Of a DNA stretch of 64,000 nt, positions 19,177 to 29,862 are shown one piece after another; within the stretch, counting starts at the first letter, position 1; each line of letters begins with the position of its first letter. This DNA comes from Candidatus Heimdallarchaeum aukensis (GTDB lineage Archaea; Asgardarchaeota; Heimdallarchaeia; Heimdallarchaeales; Heimdallarchaeaceae), in the NCBI GenBank assembly GCA_021513695.1, contig CP084166.1, forward strand, positions 1,376,001 through 1,440,000, read 5' to 3'. The position numbers and the translations under genes are program-made. The notes below the pieces were generated by a model that was not told where the DNA came from, did no database searches, and saw only the letters and a list, made by a program, of their open reading frames with translations.

Positions 19177-20571
19177 TCAAACATCTAAATAGGGATTAAT
19201 TTCTTTTGCCAGCTTTAAAGCTTTTTTCAGCAAAGCATTAGGGTAAGACCATTGTGTTCTAATTTCTCTAATTTTGGATTGTAATTCTTTTTTACCTAAT
19301 AAGGCAAATGAGGTAATTATAAAAGTCATTGAAACTAGTTGATTCAATTCACGTTGAATTCGTTTAATAGCTTCCTCATAAGGTTCATCTTTCAATTCAT
19401 CAAATAATTTCTTGAAGTAATCGCTTTCTCTTATGCCATGCACTATTCTATTGTCTAAATCGATTAAAGTTGCAGTCTCCTCTAGAATGTTTTTCTTCTC
19501 TAAAAATTCAAAAGTTTCTTTTGACATTCCAACAATTTTAGGAGTAAAACGTTTTTCTTCAGAGGGCCTATATTTGTCGTCTACATATTCCATATATGCA
19601 GTTTGTAGATGTTGCGTAAAAATGGCAAGGTTATCCATTACTATTCGTACAGAAACTCTATCCCCAGTAATATATATAGGCTCTCCAACAATTGCAGAAT
19701 AGATTGCTTTTCCTATATTATCTTTAACAAGTCGTAATAATAAATGAAATGAAACATGATCGCGGTTTACAAAGGCAAGTTTATTTCCTGGATCTTCAAT
19801 ATTTCTTAACTTTTCTAACATTATAGGAATAGAAATATCTTGTTTAGATAATTCACTCACTTTTTTTTCAAATAAAGGAAACATACGAAAAATTGTATAA
19901 TCTAACGCATTTGGAAAAAGCAAATAACCAATTGATAATATTTTTCCAGATTTTTTTAAGACAATAAAAGGGACAGTTTTTTCTTCAGGAAAGAGCATTA
20001 GAATACTTCGCAAATAATTTGTTTTAAGAACTTCATTTTTCTGTTTATAAAGAACATTAACAATTTTACTAAAAAAGGGCTCAACAATCCCGTCAGTTTT
20101 TAAGATAGTCCATGGATTAGTAGAAAGATCGACATCAAAATATTTGATATAGGCTAACTTTATGGGTTGGTCACTTAGAGTAATGAAAAGACGTTCAATA
20201 TCAAATAAACACTGTTCTACTAAAAGGTTAGCCTCTCCCTCTGTAAGTTCGCTAGGTTTAACGTGCTCTAGTAATTCTCCCCCAACATTCTTAATTGTTG
20301 TATATATCTCGTTTCTCTTCTTGTCTGATAACTCTGTTTCATCCATAATTTCTAAAATGAAAATGTAATCTTCTCCAATTCTAGTAGTTAATATGGTTCT
20401 ATCATGATAAGCTATTGATTGAAGTTCTCTTTTATGAATTTCATGCGAAAAAGAGATAATTGCACTAATTAGTCCTGTTGCTAGTACATGTTTTGTTTTA
20501 TCTTCAATATCTGGTTTGGTTGCGAGTAATATTCCAGCTGAGTTAACAAGCGAGAGTCTAAAACTAGGCAT
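19177..20571 (-). CDS. Hypothetical protein with an N-terminal roadblock/longin-like alpha/beta module
   Basis: 464 aa. The N-terminal 100 aa (GILLATKPDIEDKTKHVLATGLISAI...YIFILEIMDE) resemble a Robl/longin-type fold. I recognise nothing in the remainder. Confidence 0.4.
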   Translation of the reverse strand: MPSFRLSLVNSAGILLATKPDIEDKTKHVLATGLISAIISFSHEIHKRELQSIAYHDRTILTTRIGEDYIFILEIMDETELSDKKRNEIYTTIKNVGGELLEHVKPSELTEGEANLLVEQCLFDIERLFITLSDQPIKLAYIKYFDVDLSTNPWTILKTDGIVEPFFSKIVNVLYKQKNEVLKTNYLRSILMLFPEEKTVPFIVLKKSGKILSIGYLLFPNALDYTIFRMFPLFEKKVSELSKQDISIPIMLEKLRNIEDPGNKLAFVNRDHVSFHLLLRLVKDNIGKAIYSAIVGEPIYITGDRVSVRIVMDNLAIFTQHLQTAYMEYVDDKYRPSEEKRFTPKIVGMSKETFEFLEKKNILEETATLIDLDNRIVHGIRESDYFKKLFDELKDEPYEEAIKRIQRELNQLVSMTFIITSFALLGKKELQSKIREIRTQWSYPNALLKKALKLAKEINPYLDV

Positions 20572-20665
20572 TCTACTTTAAAGAAACTGAAGTCATTTAA
20601 GTAAATTTCCCTTACAAACTAAAAGAAAATCGAATTACAAAAAAACTAAGTTTTTAAATCCTTTA

Positions 20666-23470
20666 TTGATTTTTCTTTCAGATTTGCCAATGACTTTATC
20701 AAAAGATGAACTTAGAAAGAGATTTTCCGCAAAAGATTATGAAGTAGAGCTTTTTAGAGAAGAAGGGTTCATTAGGAAACAATGTCCTAAATGCGGACAC
20801 TTTTATTGGACTGTGAATCCTGAACAAGAAACGTGTGGAGATACTATTTGTCATGGTGGTTACAAATTTTTAGATAAAAAAGGAAAGAATTTAGATTTTG
20901 ATGAAACAATCAAGAGTCTTACTAACTTTTTTGTTAAACATGGTCACACTGCAATAAAAGATTATCCTGTTGTTGCTCGTTGGAGAGCAGATATGGAATT
21001 CACAATTGCATCAATAGCAGATTTTCAACCATGGGTTCTAAATGGAATTATTCCTCCCCCAGCTAACCCTTTAGTTGTTCCACAGTTTTGTATTAGAACT
21101 GGAGGAGAATTTAGTGATATTGATAACATTGGTAAAACAGCTAGACATCTAACAAGTTTTGTTATGTTTGGTCAACATTCATTTAACTCAAAAGAACTTA
21201 CTGATGGATATTGGATGGATAGGTGTATTGAACTTAATTTCAAGTATTTAACAGAAGAACTAGGATTAAAAAAAGAAGAAATTTCTTATTCTGAAGGAAT
21301 TTGGGCGGGAGGAGGAAACTTCGGTCCTAACTTAGAAGCTTTTGCATATGGTTCTGAACTTGTTAATAATGTTTTTATTGCTTATGGATTTGAAAATGGA
21401 ACAGTCAAAAAATTAGATATGCAAGTTATAGATGTTGGTTGGGGACTAGAAAGAGTGTCTTGGTTTACACAAGGAACACCAACGATTTATGAGGCAATTT
21501 TTCCGAAAGCTATTGAATATTTACAAAAAGAAAATGGATACAAAGCAGATCATGAACTATTGGTTAAGTACAGTAAATTAGCTGGAATGCTTGCCGTTGA
21601 TGAAGTAAAGAATCTTAAAATGGCAAGAAGAGAGATGGCCAAAAAACTCGGATTGTCATATGAAGAAATGTTAGAAAAACTTGGTCCCCAAGAAGCAATG
21701 TATGCAATAGCTGACCATACAAGAACGCTTTCTATCGCTATAGCCGATGGAGCTATTCCCTCAAATGTTGGAGGAGGATATAACTTAAGAGTGCTTCTTC
21801 GAAGGATTTTATCACTTAAGGAGATTTACAATTTAGAATTTTCTTTAGATAAATTATTTGATTTACAAATTGATCATCTCTCTGTTTCTTACCCTCGTGT
21901 AAAAGAAGGAAGGAATCAAATTCAAGAGATAGTTAATGTTGAGGTATCAAGATTTTACGAGACTAGAAAAGCGGGGAGAAAAATTGTTAGCAATATTCTA
22001 AAGAAAAAAACGAAAATAGGTTTTAACACACTAGTTGACCTTTATCAAACTAAAGGAATAAATCCTCTAATGGTAAAAGAAATTGCGAAAGAATACAATA
22101 AGACCGTGGATGTACCTGATGACTTCTACATTAAACTCAACGAATATCTCTCTGAAAAAAATGGAAATGGGATAAAGGAAGAGAAGAAGGAAGACGAGTA
22201 CGACAAGCTCTCAATTGACAGAACTTTGTACACAGAGCAAACTTATTACAAAGATGTATATGCATACAAGTTTAAGGCAAAAGTATTAGATGTAATAAAC
22301 AAGAGGTATGTTATTCTTGATAAAACATTATTTTATCCTACAGGAGGAGGACAGATACACGATACAGGAAAGCTTATTGTGGGCAAAAAACAATATAACG
22401 TTATTGATGTCGTTAAGAAAGGGCAAGCTATAATTCATAAATTAGAGACAGAAAGCGATTTAAAGAAAGGAATCACAGTTGTTGGCGAAATTGATAGAGA
22501 ACGAAGACTTGACATTATGAGACATCATACAGCAGTGCATGTAGTTAATAATGCAGCAAGAGAAGTACTAGGTTCTCATGTATGGCAAGCAGGTGCAGAT
22601 AAAACAGAAGATAAAGCTAGATTGGATATAACTCATTACAAATCAATTTCTTTCGAAGAACTTCAAAAAATAGAATACATTGCTAACGAAATTGTTCTAG
22701 AGAAAAGACCTATTAAAAAAATAGATCTAGAAAGAGATGAAGCAGAGAAAAAATTTGGTTTTACTATCTATCAAGGAGGAGTTGTCCCAGGCAAAGAATT
22801 GCATATTGTAATTATAGATGACTGGGATGTAGAAGCTTGCGGAGGAACACATCTGGATAACACAGCAGATATAGGACTTATCAAACTCGTTGGTAGCGAA
22901 AGAATACAAGATGGTGTTGTTAGATTAGAGATTGTAGCTGGGCGTAAGGCTGTTAAATATGTCCAAAAACAAGAAACAATCCTCAGAAAATCAGGGGAGA
23001 TTTTGAGTGTAAATCCTGATATTTTGCCGAAAACAATTAAACGATTCTTCGAAGAATGGAAAAAACAGAGAAAAACCATTGAAAATCTGAATAAGAAAAT
23101 TGCTGAACTTCAGTTCAGTCACGAAAAAGAAGATGTTCTAAGATTTGGAGATACAATTGTAGTGGTACAAAAAACTGAAGGTAATCAAAAAGAACTCATA
23201 TTACAGGCAAGTGAAGCAATAAAAAATAAAGAAAAAGCTGTATGTATACTATTTTCTGATTTCAAAGGGAAAGCAATTATTGTTGGAATGAAGAGCCCCA
23301 ACACACAAATTGACATAGTAAAAATAGTGAAAGATATTTCGGAGATGTTAGGTGGTTCAGGAGGAGGAAAAGGAGAACTTGCTAGAGGTGGCGGTTCAAA
23401 AGCTGAAATGATCAGCGAAGCAATTGAGAAAACAAAACAACTATTGGAAAAAGAATTAGGTGGAAAATAA
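20666..23470 (+). CDS. alaS: Alanyl-tRNA synthetase (archaeal type)
   Basis: 934 aa. Class II core. The editing-domain motifs 'HTAVHVVNNA' and 'CGGTHL' are present. The C-terminal DHHA1-like 'GGGSGGGKGELARGGG' is present. Confidence 0.92.
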   Translation: MIFLSDLPMTLSKDELRKRFSAKDYEVELFREEGFIRKQCPKCGHFYWTVNPEQETCGDTICHGGYKFLDKKGKNLDFDETIKSLTNFFVKHGHTAIKDYPVVARWRADMEFTIASIADFQPWVLNGIIPPPANPLVVPQFCIRTGGEFSDIDNIGKTARHLTSFVMFGQHSFNSKELTDGYWMDRCIELNFKYLTEELGLKKEEISYSEGIWAGGGNFGPNLEAFAYGSELVNNVFIAYGFENGTVKKLDMQVIDVGWGLERVSWFTQGTPTIYEAIFPKAIEYLQKENGYKADHELLVKYSKLAGMLAVDEVKNLKMARREMAKKLGLSYEEMLEKLGPQEAMYAIADHTRTLSIAIADGAIPSNVGGGYNLRVLLRRILSLKEIYNLEFSLDKLFDLQIDHLSVSYPRVKEGRNQIQEIVNVEVSRFYETRKAGRKIVSNILKKKTKIGFNTLVDLYQTKGINPLMVKEIAKEYNKTVDVPDDFYIKLNEYLSEKNGNGIKEEKKEDEYDKLSIDRTLYTEQTYYKDVYAYKFKAKVLDVINKRYVILDKTLFYPTGGGQIHDTGKLIVGKKQYNVIDVVKKGQAIIHKLETESDLKKGITVVGEIDRERRLDIMRHHTAVHVVNNAAREVLGSHVWQAGADKTEDKARLDITHYKSISFEELQKIEYIANEIVLEKRPIKKIDLERDEAEKKFGFTIYQGGVVPGKELHIVIIDDWDVEACGGTHLDNTADIGLIKLVGSERIQDGVVRLEIVAGRKAVKYVQKQETILRKSGEILSVNPDILPKTIKRFFEEWKKQRKTIENLNKKIAELQFSHEKEDVLRFGDTIVVVQKTEGNQKELILQASEAIKNKEKAVCILFSDFKGKAIIVGMKSPNTQIDIVKIVKDISEMLGGSGGGKGELARGGGSKAEMISEAIEKTKQLLEKELGGK

Positions 23471-23496
23471 CGAACAAAAAACAGATGAAAAATAAA

Positions 23497-23865
23497 TTAT
23501 TCTCCTGCCTTTCTTTCTTTTTGATTAGATGGGCCTAAATTTCTAATATGAATTGGGATTGTTGAAGGAATAATCATCACTGTATCTTCACTAACCATTC
23601 TAACAGTAGAGAACGATTCTGAAGCACAGAGTTTTAGAGCAGTCAAAAATCTTTTTCTACGATCTGGGTATGGGTTTATTTTTCCTATATTAAGAAAGAC
23701 TAAGTTGCCAGTTTTTACTTCATTAACAATTGGTTCAGCATTAACTACATCAGAAAGGCGATAGAATTTAACTTGAGGTTGGATTATTTTAGGTTCTTCT
23801 TTTTTTTCTTCGCTTTCCTCTTCTTTACTCTGAGCAAAAAATTTTCCTATTCTCAAGATTAGCAC
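23497..23865 (-). CDS. sepF: SepF-like cell-division protein (FtsZ-associated)
   Basis: 122 aa. Its core 'VKTGNLVFLNIGKINPYPDRRKRFLTALKLCASESFSTVRMVSEDTVMIIP' matches the SepF/DUF552 pattern (..VNL..l....a.R..DFl.G.....G....i...vfl.P). Confidence 0.5.
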   Translation of the reverse strand: MLILRIGKFFAQSKEEESEEKKEEPKIIQPQVKFYRLSDVVNAEPIVNEVKTGNLVFLNIGKINPYPDRRKRFLTALKLCASESFSTVRMVSEDTVMIIPSTIPIHIRNLGPSNQKERKAGE

Positions 23866-24009
23866 CAGTATGTTTTTTCTTCTTTTTCTCTTAAATTTAC
23901 ATTAATATCTCGACAACATGTGGGTATTACAAGAAAAGTTTTCTTTCTTAAAAAATAAAAGAGTAAGAATTTGTAAAAAATAAAATACAACAATTAAATA
24001 GAAAAAAAG

Positions 24010-25020
24010 TTATCTTTTCCAAGGATCTTTAAGATATACGGGTGCTGATGCAGCTCCTCTTTTTACAATTACATTTGCTAACTCTAAAGCATCGACAATT
24101 TCTCTAAAGCGGTTTCTTAATGTAACAGGAGTTGTTTTAGCTGCTTTAGAAACTTGTTGTTGAGTTCTTCTTTCACCTGTTCGTATTCCAGCTATATAAA
24201 TTGAAGCTGCGGCAATACTTGAAGGGTTTTTTCCAACATCCAATCGCAAATGTTTTGTCTCTTCAAGTATTTTAATTGCTTCATTTTGTGTTCTCATTGT
24301 TAATTCAAGTTCATCGCATATCTTTGAAATTAGTACTACTGGATTCACTGGAGTTGGTCTAATCTGAAGTTCTTGAACAAAAAGTCTGAAACATCGAGCT
24401 ATAACTTTTCTGTCAGCATTAATATGATTTTCAATATCCTTTAAAGTCACAGGAATATTAGATTGTCTTGCTGCGAGATATATAGCTGCAGCCACCATTG
24501 ACTCTATACTTCTTCCTCTAATCAAATCTTCTTTTAGAGCTTTTCGATAGAATGTAGCAGCGATTTCTGCAATTTCGTCACTTAACTCAAGTTGAGAACA
24601 AATTCTTTTTAGTTCTCTTAGAGCGATCCTCAAGTTTCGAATATGAGACCGAGATTCTCTCCTGTTTAATCTTCGTAATCGTCTCATTTTTGATAAAATA
24701 TTAGGATTCAATTTATTTCCATAAATATCTTTATCTCCATAACTAATGCTGGAAGATACTCCAAAATCAGTTTTTAATACAGATATAGGAGAACCTACTC
24801 TACTTCGAGAGGTTTTTTCATCCTCTGAGAAAGCTCTCCACTCAGGAGAGTGATCGATTATTTTTGACATTACTAAACCACAATTTCTACAGATCATCTC
24901 TCCACGAGTATAATCATGTTTTACATCTTTTGAACTACAATTTGGACAAACATCACTAGTGCGATTCAATGTTTTACCACTAAGGTAGTTGTTCGCACCC
25001 ACATATATAAAGGTTTCCAA
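24010..25020 (-). CDS. tfb: Transcription initiation factor IIB (TFB)
   Basis: 336 aa. The N-terminal zinc ribbon is 'CPNCSSKDVKHDYTRGEMICRNCGLV'. The B-reader and two cyclin-fold repeats follow. The C-terminal HTH is 'KAAKTTPVTLRNRFRE'. Confidence 0.9.
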   Translation of the reverse strand: METFIYVGANNYLSGKTLNRTSDVCPNCSSKDVKHDYTRGEMICRNCGLVMSKIIDHSPEWRAFSEDEKTSRSRVGSPISVLKTDFGVSSSISYGDKDIYGNKLNPNILSKMRRLRRLNRRESRSHIRNLRIALRELKRICSQLELSDEIAEIAATFYRKALKEDLIRGRSIESMVAAAIYLAARQSNIPVTLKDIENHINADRKVIARCFRLFVQELQIRPTPVNPVVLISKICDELELTMRTQNEAIKILEETKHLRLDVGKNPSSIAAASIYIAGIRTGERRTQQQVSKAAKTTPVTLRNRFREIVDALELANVIVKRGAASAPVYLKDPWKR

Positions 25021-25138
25021 ATAAAGTTGGCGAAACGCCCTTATTTTAAAGAATTTGCATACATACCAAAAAACCGTATCAATATATTTAAAAAATAGAT
25101 ATATAATTAATCAAATATTAATAAGTATAAGGAAAATA

Positions 25139-25468
25139 TTATTCTTCTTCATTAATTTCCTCTTCAATAAATTTGAGTAGTTTTTTTCTTGTAGCTCCAA
25201 CAAATGAATTGTGTGGTTTACCGTCTTTAAAAACGATAAATGTAGGAACACCAGTGATCATATATCGTTGTGCAATTTCAGGTTCTTCTTCGATATTGAT
25301 GCTTAAAAAACGTAATTTGTCTCCGAACTGCTCACTTAAAGTTTCAAAGTAAGGAGAAATGGACTTGCAGGGACCACAAGTCGGAGTCCAAGTATCTACA
25401 ATTATTTTTCTTTTCTCAGAAGACAATATCTTATCAAACTCGTCTTTTGTTACATGTTCTACAACCAT
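25139..25468 (-). CDS. trxA: Thioredoxin
   Basis: 109 aa, with the active site 'WTPTCGPCK' (WCGPC) and a cis-Pro region 'GVPTF'. Confidence 0.85.
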   Translation of the reverse strand: MVVEHVTKDEFDKILSSEKRKIIVDTWTPTCGPCKSISPYFETLSEQFGDKLRFLSINIEEEPEIAQRYMITGVPTFIVFKDGKPHNSFVGATRKKLLKFIEEEINEEE

Positions 25469-25638
25469 AATAATACAACCTTTAGAGTTTTTAATCTTAC
25501 TTTGGTTGAATAATTTTAATTATTTTCCTTAAGTCACAAAAATATATTCAATCCTTCAGAATCAAAATATTTGCTTAAGGAAGATTTAAGTATTGAATTA
25601 ACAACCAAAAGATAAAGTAAAGAACATATACTTCACAA

Positions 25639-25643
25639 GGAGG
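25639..25643 (+). promoter_or_regulatory. Shine-Dalgarno-like GGAGG, 6 nt upstream of the argS ATG
   Basis: The sequence reads 'caaGGAGGaaaaaaATG'. Similar GAGG(A) motifs precede the 1004, 1407 and 18154 starts. Confidence 0.45.
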
Positions 25644-25649
25644 AAAAAA

Positions 25650-27677
25650 ATGAGCGAAAAACCAGTAGATAAAATTGCTGGAATAATTAATGATCATATA
25701 TTCGAGAATTATAAAAAAAACATTACAATTATCTGGAATAAACCTCCTTCTTCAAATTTGGGTGATGTGAGTTTTCCTCTTTTCTCTATAGCTAAAAACG
25801 TAGGAGAGAAGATAGAAGTAATTGGTCAATCACTTAAATCAAAAATAGAAAATCAAGAAGTTGTTGAAAAAGTAGAACTAAAAGGTGGTTTCCTTAATAT
25901 CTTTTTTAACAGAAATTATTTTTCTGATAAGGTATTAAAAAACGTAGTAAAAGCAGAAAAATATGGTAAATCAACTGTAGAGTCGTCCAAACGGGTTATT
26001 ATTGAGCATACATCTAGTAACCCTAATGGTCCTCTTCACATTGGTAATTTTAGGGGGTCAGTAGTTGGTGATTTACTAGCAAGACTTTACAAAATGAGTG
26101 GAGCAGCAGTAAATGTTAGATATTACGTTAACGACTTGGGAAGACAAATTGCTCCAGTTGTTATAGGTTATAAATTACTTAAAAAAAATAATATTGCACC
26201 AGATACAAAAATTGACCTATGGATTGGAAAAATCTATGCAACGATGAATACATTATTAGATATTCAAGAAATAAAAAAAGAGATACAAACGAAAACTGGA
26301 AAATATCATATTAATGATGATTTAAAGTATAAAATAGAACCAAACGATAAAGAAGAAATAGAAAATTTACTAATGTCTAGTGAGTTGGACGAAAAAACAA
26401 AGGAAATTCTATTAAAAAGAACAAAGAAACTATTTTCTGTTCAGAAAGCTCTTTCATCAAAAATACCTGATCTCTTTAACTTATTGAGAAAACTTACAGA
26501 AAAAGAAGTAAGTGATTTATCATCTTTAACACAAGAATACATCGAGGAATATCTAAAAGGAGAAAATAAACAGATCGTGAGTGAATATAGAGAATTAACA
26601 GAAAAAGCTCTTTCAGGGCACATTGAGACTTTATCAAGATTCAACATTTTTCATGATGATTTTGACAGAGAATCAGATATTGCTTGGTCAGGTGAAGTAA
26701 AGGAAATTCTTCAAAAATTAGAAACAAAACAATGGTTAAGGCATGATGGGAGAGCTAGATTGTTAAAAAATGATGAAATTGCAACAGCCCTTAGATACAA
26801 AGAAAAATACAATATCAAGCATGAAATTCCTGATTTAATCCTTGTAAATTCTGAAGGAATTCCTCTCTATCCATGTAGAGATATTGCCTATCATCTACAC
26901 AAATTAGAGAAGTTTAACGCTAATTTATGTATAAATGTAATTGGAAAACAACAGCAATCTCTCCAATTAGGAGTGCGTTTAGCTTTATATGCTCTCAACA
27001 GAAGTGACATCGCTGATAAAATCATTCACTTTGATTATGAATATGTTACATTAGTTGGAAGAAAAATGGCAGGGAGAGAACTTGAATATGTAACACCAGA
27101 TGAATTATATTCACTTGCTAAAGAGGAAGTCTATAAATTCTTGAATGAAAGAGATTATTCGGAAGAAGAGAAATCAAATATAGCCAATATTGTCTCAGCT
27201 GCAAGCGTAAAAATATCAATTGCAAAGATTGACCCGAACAAAGCAGTAATGTTTGATGTCAAAAAGGCTACTGATTTGAATGAAAACAGTGGACCTTTTC
27301 TTTTGTATTCTTTCACTAGAGCTAAGAATATTATCATAAAAGCAAAAGAAGAGAGCATACCAATTGAAGATATTATAAATAATTGTGAAACAGTTGAAAT
27401 ATCAATTGTAAAAGATGAAGAGTGGAACCTTATCAAACTCATAGAAGAATTACCTATGATATATAAACGAGCTATAAACACAAAACGTCCAGACACCATT
27501 GTAAACTTTAGTTTTGAGTTGTGTAAGGCGTTTAATAAATTCTATGACAATTGCCCAGTAATTAGTGAGAATGACGAAAAGGTTAGAAAAACTAGAATAT
27601 TAATTGTACAATCTACAATAAAAGCTCTTGAGAGCCTATTTGAAGTCTTAGGAATAGATTCTTTAGAAAAGATGTGA
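25650..27677 (+). CDS. argS: Arginyl-tRNA synthetase
   Basis: 675 aa. The class I HIGH-region is 'HTSSNPNGPLHIGNFRGSVVGD'. Its length and the C-terminal DALR-type anticodon-binding region are typical of ArgRS. Confidence 0.82.
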   Translation: MSEKPVDKIAGIINDHIFENYKKNITIIWNKPPSSNLGDVSFPLFSIAKNVGEKIEVIGQSLKSKIENQEVVEKVELKGGFLNIFFNRNYFSDKVLKNVVKAEKYGKSTVESSKRVIIEHTSSNPNGPLHIGNFRGSVVGDLLARLYKMSGAAVNVRYYVNDLGRQIAPVVIGYKLLKKNNIAPDTKIDLWIGKIYATMNTLLDIQEIKKEIQTKTGKYHINDDLKYKIEPNDKEEIENLLMSSELDEKTKEILLKRTKKLFSVQKALSSKIPDLFNLLRKLTEKEVSDLSSLTQEYIEEYLKGENKQIVSEYRELTEKALSGHIETLSRFNIFHDDFDRESDIAWSGEVKEILQKLETKQWLRHDGRARLLKNDEIATALRYKEKYNIKHEIPDLILVNSEGIPLYPCRDIAYHLHKLEKFNANLCINVIGKQQQSLQLGVRLALYALNRSDIADKIIHFDYEYVTLVGRKMAGRELEYVTPDELYSLAKEEVYKFLNERDYSEEEKSNIANIVSAASVKISIAKIDPNKAVMFDVKKATDLNENSGPFLLYSFTRAKNIIIKAKEESIPIEDIINNCETVEISIVKDEEWNLIKLIEELPMIYKRAINTKRPDTIVNFSFELCKAFNKFYDNCPVISENDEKVRKTRILIVQSTIKALESLFEVLGIDSLEKM

Positions 27678-27687
27678 AGGTAAAAAA

Positions 27688-28671
27688 ATGATACATGCAG
27701 GATTTGATCCATCCTTTATTGATATAAACATCAGACCTTTAACCAGTGAAAACGAGCTGTTATCAAAGCTTCCTGCATTTGGAGAACATTGGCCAAACAC
27801 TGAAATTACTTTTATTCCAGGAGGAAATGGATTTAACTTCTGTCGTACTTTATCTTCATTAGGAGAAAATACAACCTATGTCGGACCTTTAGATGATTTT
27901 TTTGTTTCACTAGTAAACGAACAAAAAATAAATGTTGATCTTATTGGAATAGAGGGAGCAAAGGTAAATTATACTGCCATATTGAATACGCATAAAGGAG
28001 AAATTCAATTTAACAACATTCGAGGAGAACTTTCGCCTAGTTTACTAAATGAAAAAATCCTAAAACTTTTTTTAAAATCTCCTGTTAAACCTATAAGCAA
28101 CATTGCTTTTAACCCTAAAGCTAATGAATGGGTCAGTTCTCTACTACTTGGATTAAGAGAGGAATATGATCAATTAATTTTTAGTGATAACACAAAGTTG
28201 GAAGAAAAAATAAAACTCTTAAATGGAATTTCTTTTGAAGGAATAATTTTTGTAGATCCTTCTGATATTTCTCATTATCCAAGAATAAAAGAATTTTTTC
28301 AGATACTACAAGCACTCAACACCATGGAAGGAGACAAGTATCTTTCAGTTAATGAGTTTGAAATGAACAGACTTCTATCATTACATAACATTTCTCCACT
28401 TGAACTATCAAAAACCCTTAATTATCCAATTATTTTTCATACAACAGAAGTTGTAAAGTTTTATTACAACGGAGAAGAGTTATATTCATTAGATACACAA
28501 AAGCTTTCGGAAAAGAAGACTTTTGTAGGAGCTGGGGATGTTTTTAATGCTTCTTTTGTTTTTAAAGTGTTAAAAAGTAGTCATATTGAAGATGCTTTAA
28601 ATTATGCGATAAAATCAGCAAGTTTTTTAATTGAGAAAGGAGTCTATCCCTCTAGTGAAAACTTGAAATAA
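27688..28671 (+). CDS. PfkB/ribokinase-family carbohydrate or nucleoside kinase
   Basis: 327 aa. The N-terminal motif is 'PGGNGFNFCRTLSSLG' and the C-terminal anion-hole motif is 'TFVGAGDVFNASFV' (GAGD). Confidence 0.65.
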   Translation: MIHAGFDPSFIDINIRPLTSENELLSKLPAFGEHWPNTEITFIPGGNGFNFCRTLSSLGENTTYVGPLDDFFVSLVNEQKINVDLIGIEGAKVNYTAILNTHKGEIQFNNIRGELSPSLLNEKILKLFLKSPVKPISNIAFNPKANEWVSSLLLGLREEYDQLIFSDNTKLEEKIKLLNGISFEGIIFVDPSDISHYPRIKEFFQILQALNTMEGDKYLSVNEFEMNRLLSLHNISPLELSKTLNYPIIFHTTEVVKFYYNGEELYSLDTQKLSEKKTFVGAGDVFNASFVFKVLKSSHIEDALNYAIKSASFLIEKGVYPSSENLK

Positions 28672-28730
28672 TAATAAACGAATAATAAACAAAATATAAT
28701 AAGATTTCATATTTCTTAAGTGTGGTTTAA

Positions 28731-29765
28731 ATGAAAAAATTATCTGTAGAAGATTCAGAAGCTTACAAAAAGATAGAGAAGAGAGTAACGATGTTAAATT
28801 TGGTTAAACAATATTACGCCTCAGGAGCTAATTATTATGAATTTGATTCGGGGGATGTTCCTTTACGAGAATTAATCAGATTTATGAATGATGAAGGATA
28901 TCCACGTCGGTTACCAGAAGCAGATATAGTTTTGAAAAGGATAGATGAAGAAATAAATGAACTAAATGAAAAAAAGAAAAACATGCGATTAGAAGAAATT
29001 GAGTCACGTAATTTGAATTCTCTACTTATTATTCCAAGTTGGACCAAACTTATTGGAACCCAAATGAAAGGTTACTATTTAGGAAAACCAGTTAGAGAAC
29101 TAAAGAGAGACACTATAGTAATGTTAACTGATACTACACAAATGTTTAAAGAAATAACTGAAGAAAGAATAGCAGTTATTTTTGGTCCTGGCATCTTTTA
29201 CAGTGAATTTTCCATTGAGCCAGGTAATTTCTTAACAAATAGCTTTGAAATTAATGGAATATGTCTTCCTTTGGACTTATTAGGTAAGATATATACAGCA
29301 GAGAAGATATACCACTCTGATAAAATTGAAGCAACAATTACAGAAGTTTCAACAATTTTACCTTTTCATATAATTGAACAACCTCAGACAATTCAAGCTT
29401 ACATAAGAGGGGTTATTAGCCGCAATGTCTTTTATCCAAATAAAGCTGCATTAGAATTTTTCAATAAGCATGCAGTCGATGATAAATCTTACAAAATTGA
29501 AGAAGGTTTCAAAATTCTTTCAGCACACCCACTGTGGTTTAATAAGCTCTTAGTAAACAGTAGCCAGATTCCAAAATCAGGAAGTGGAAAGAAGGAGTAT
29601 AGTACAGCTGGTTTAGGTACAGTTTCTGCTTCAATAAATAAGATCCTACCGTTAATATTCTCTTCTCCATCAAAAGAAGAGGAACAATTAGAGAAAATTA
29701 AAGAAATAGCAAAACAGTATAAGGAGATGGGTTTAGGCATTTTAAAAAGTTGGATTCCAACTTAA
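28731..29765 (+). CDS. Hypothetical protein
   Basis: 344-aa ORF with no motif I recognise. Confidence 0.35.
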   Translation: MKKLSVEDSEAYKKIEKRVTMLNLVKQYYASGANYYEFDSGDVPLRELIRFMNDEGYPRRLPEADIVLKRIDEEINELNEKKKNMRLEEIESRNLNSLLIIPSWTKLIGTQMKGYYLGKPVRELKRDTIVMLTDTTQMFKEITEERIAVIFGPGIFYSEFSIEPGNFLTNSFEINGICLPLDLLGKIYTAEKIYHSDKIEATITEVSTILPFHIIEQPQTIQAYIRGVISRNVFYPNKAALEFFNKHAVDDKSYKIEEGFKILSAHPLWFNKLLVNSSQIPKSGSGKKEYSTAGLGTVSASINKILPLIFSSPSKEEEQLEKIKEIAKQYKEMGLGILKSWIPT

Positions 29766-29862
29766 ACCTAGATTCATTTTCTAATTTTTTTCGAAAAAGT
29801 ATTTCGTAAGATTCACAACGTTTTTTAACACAGCAAAGTTTCTTTTATAATAAAAGGATAAT

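Noticed and set aside
22727-23079. Antisense ORFs within alaS (22727..22909, 22771..23079). Others lie within argS (26441..26647, 27155..27499) and within deoA (30324..30809).
   Set aside because: They overlap highly conserved synthetase/phosphorylase coding sequence, with no supporting motif.
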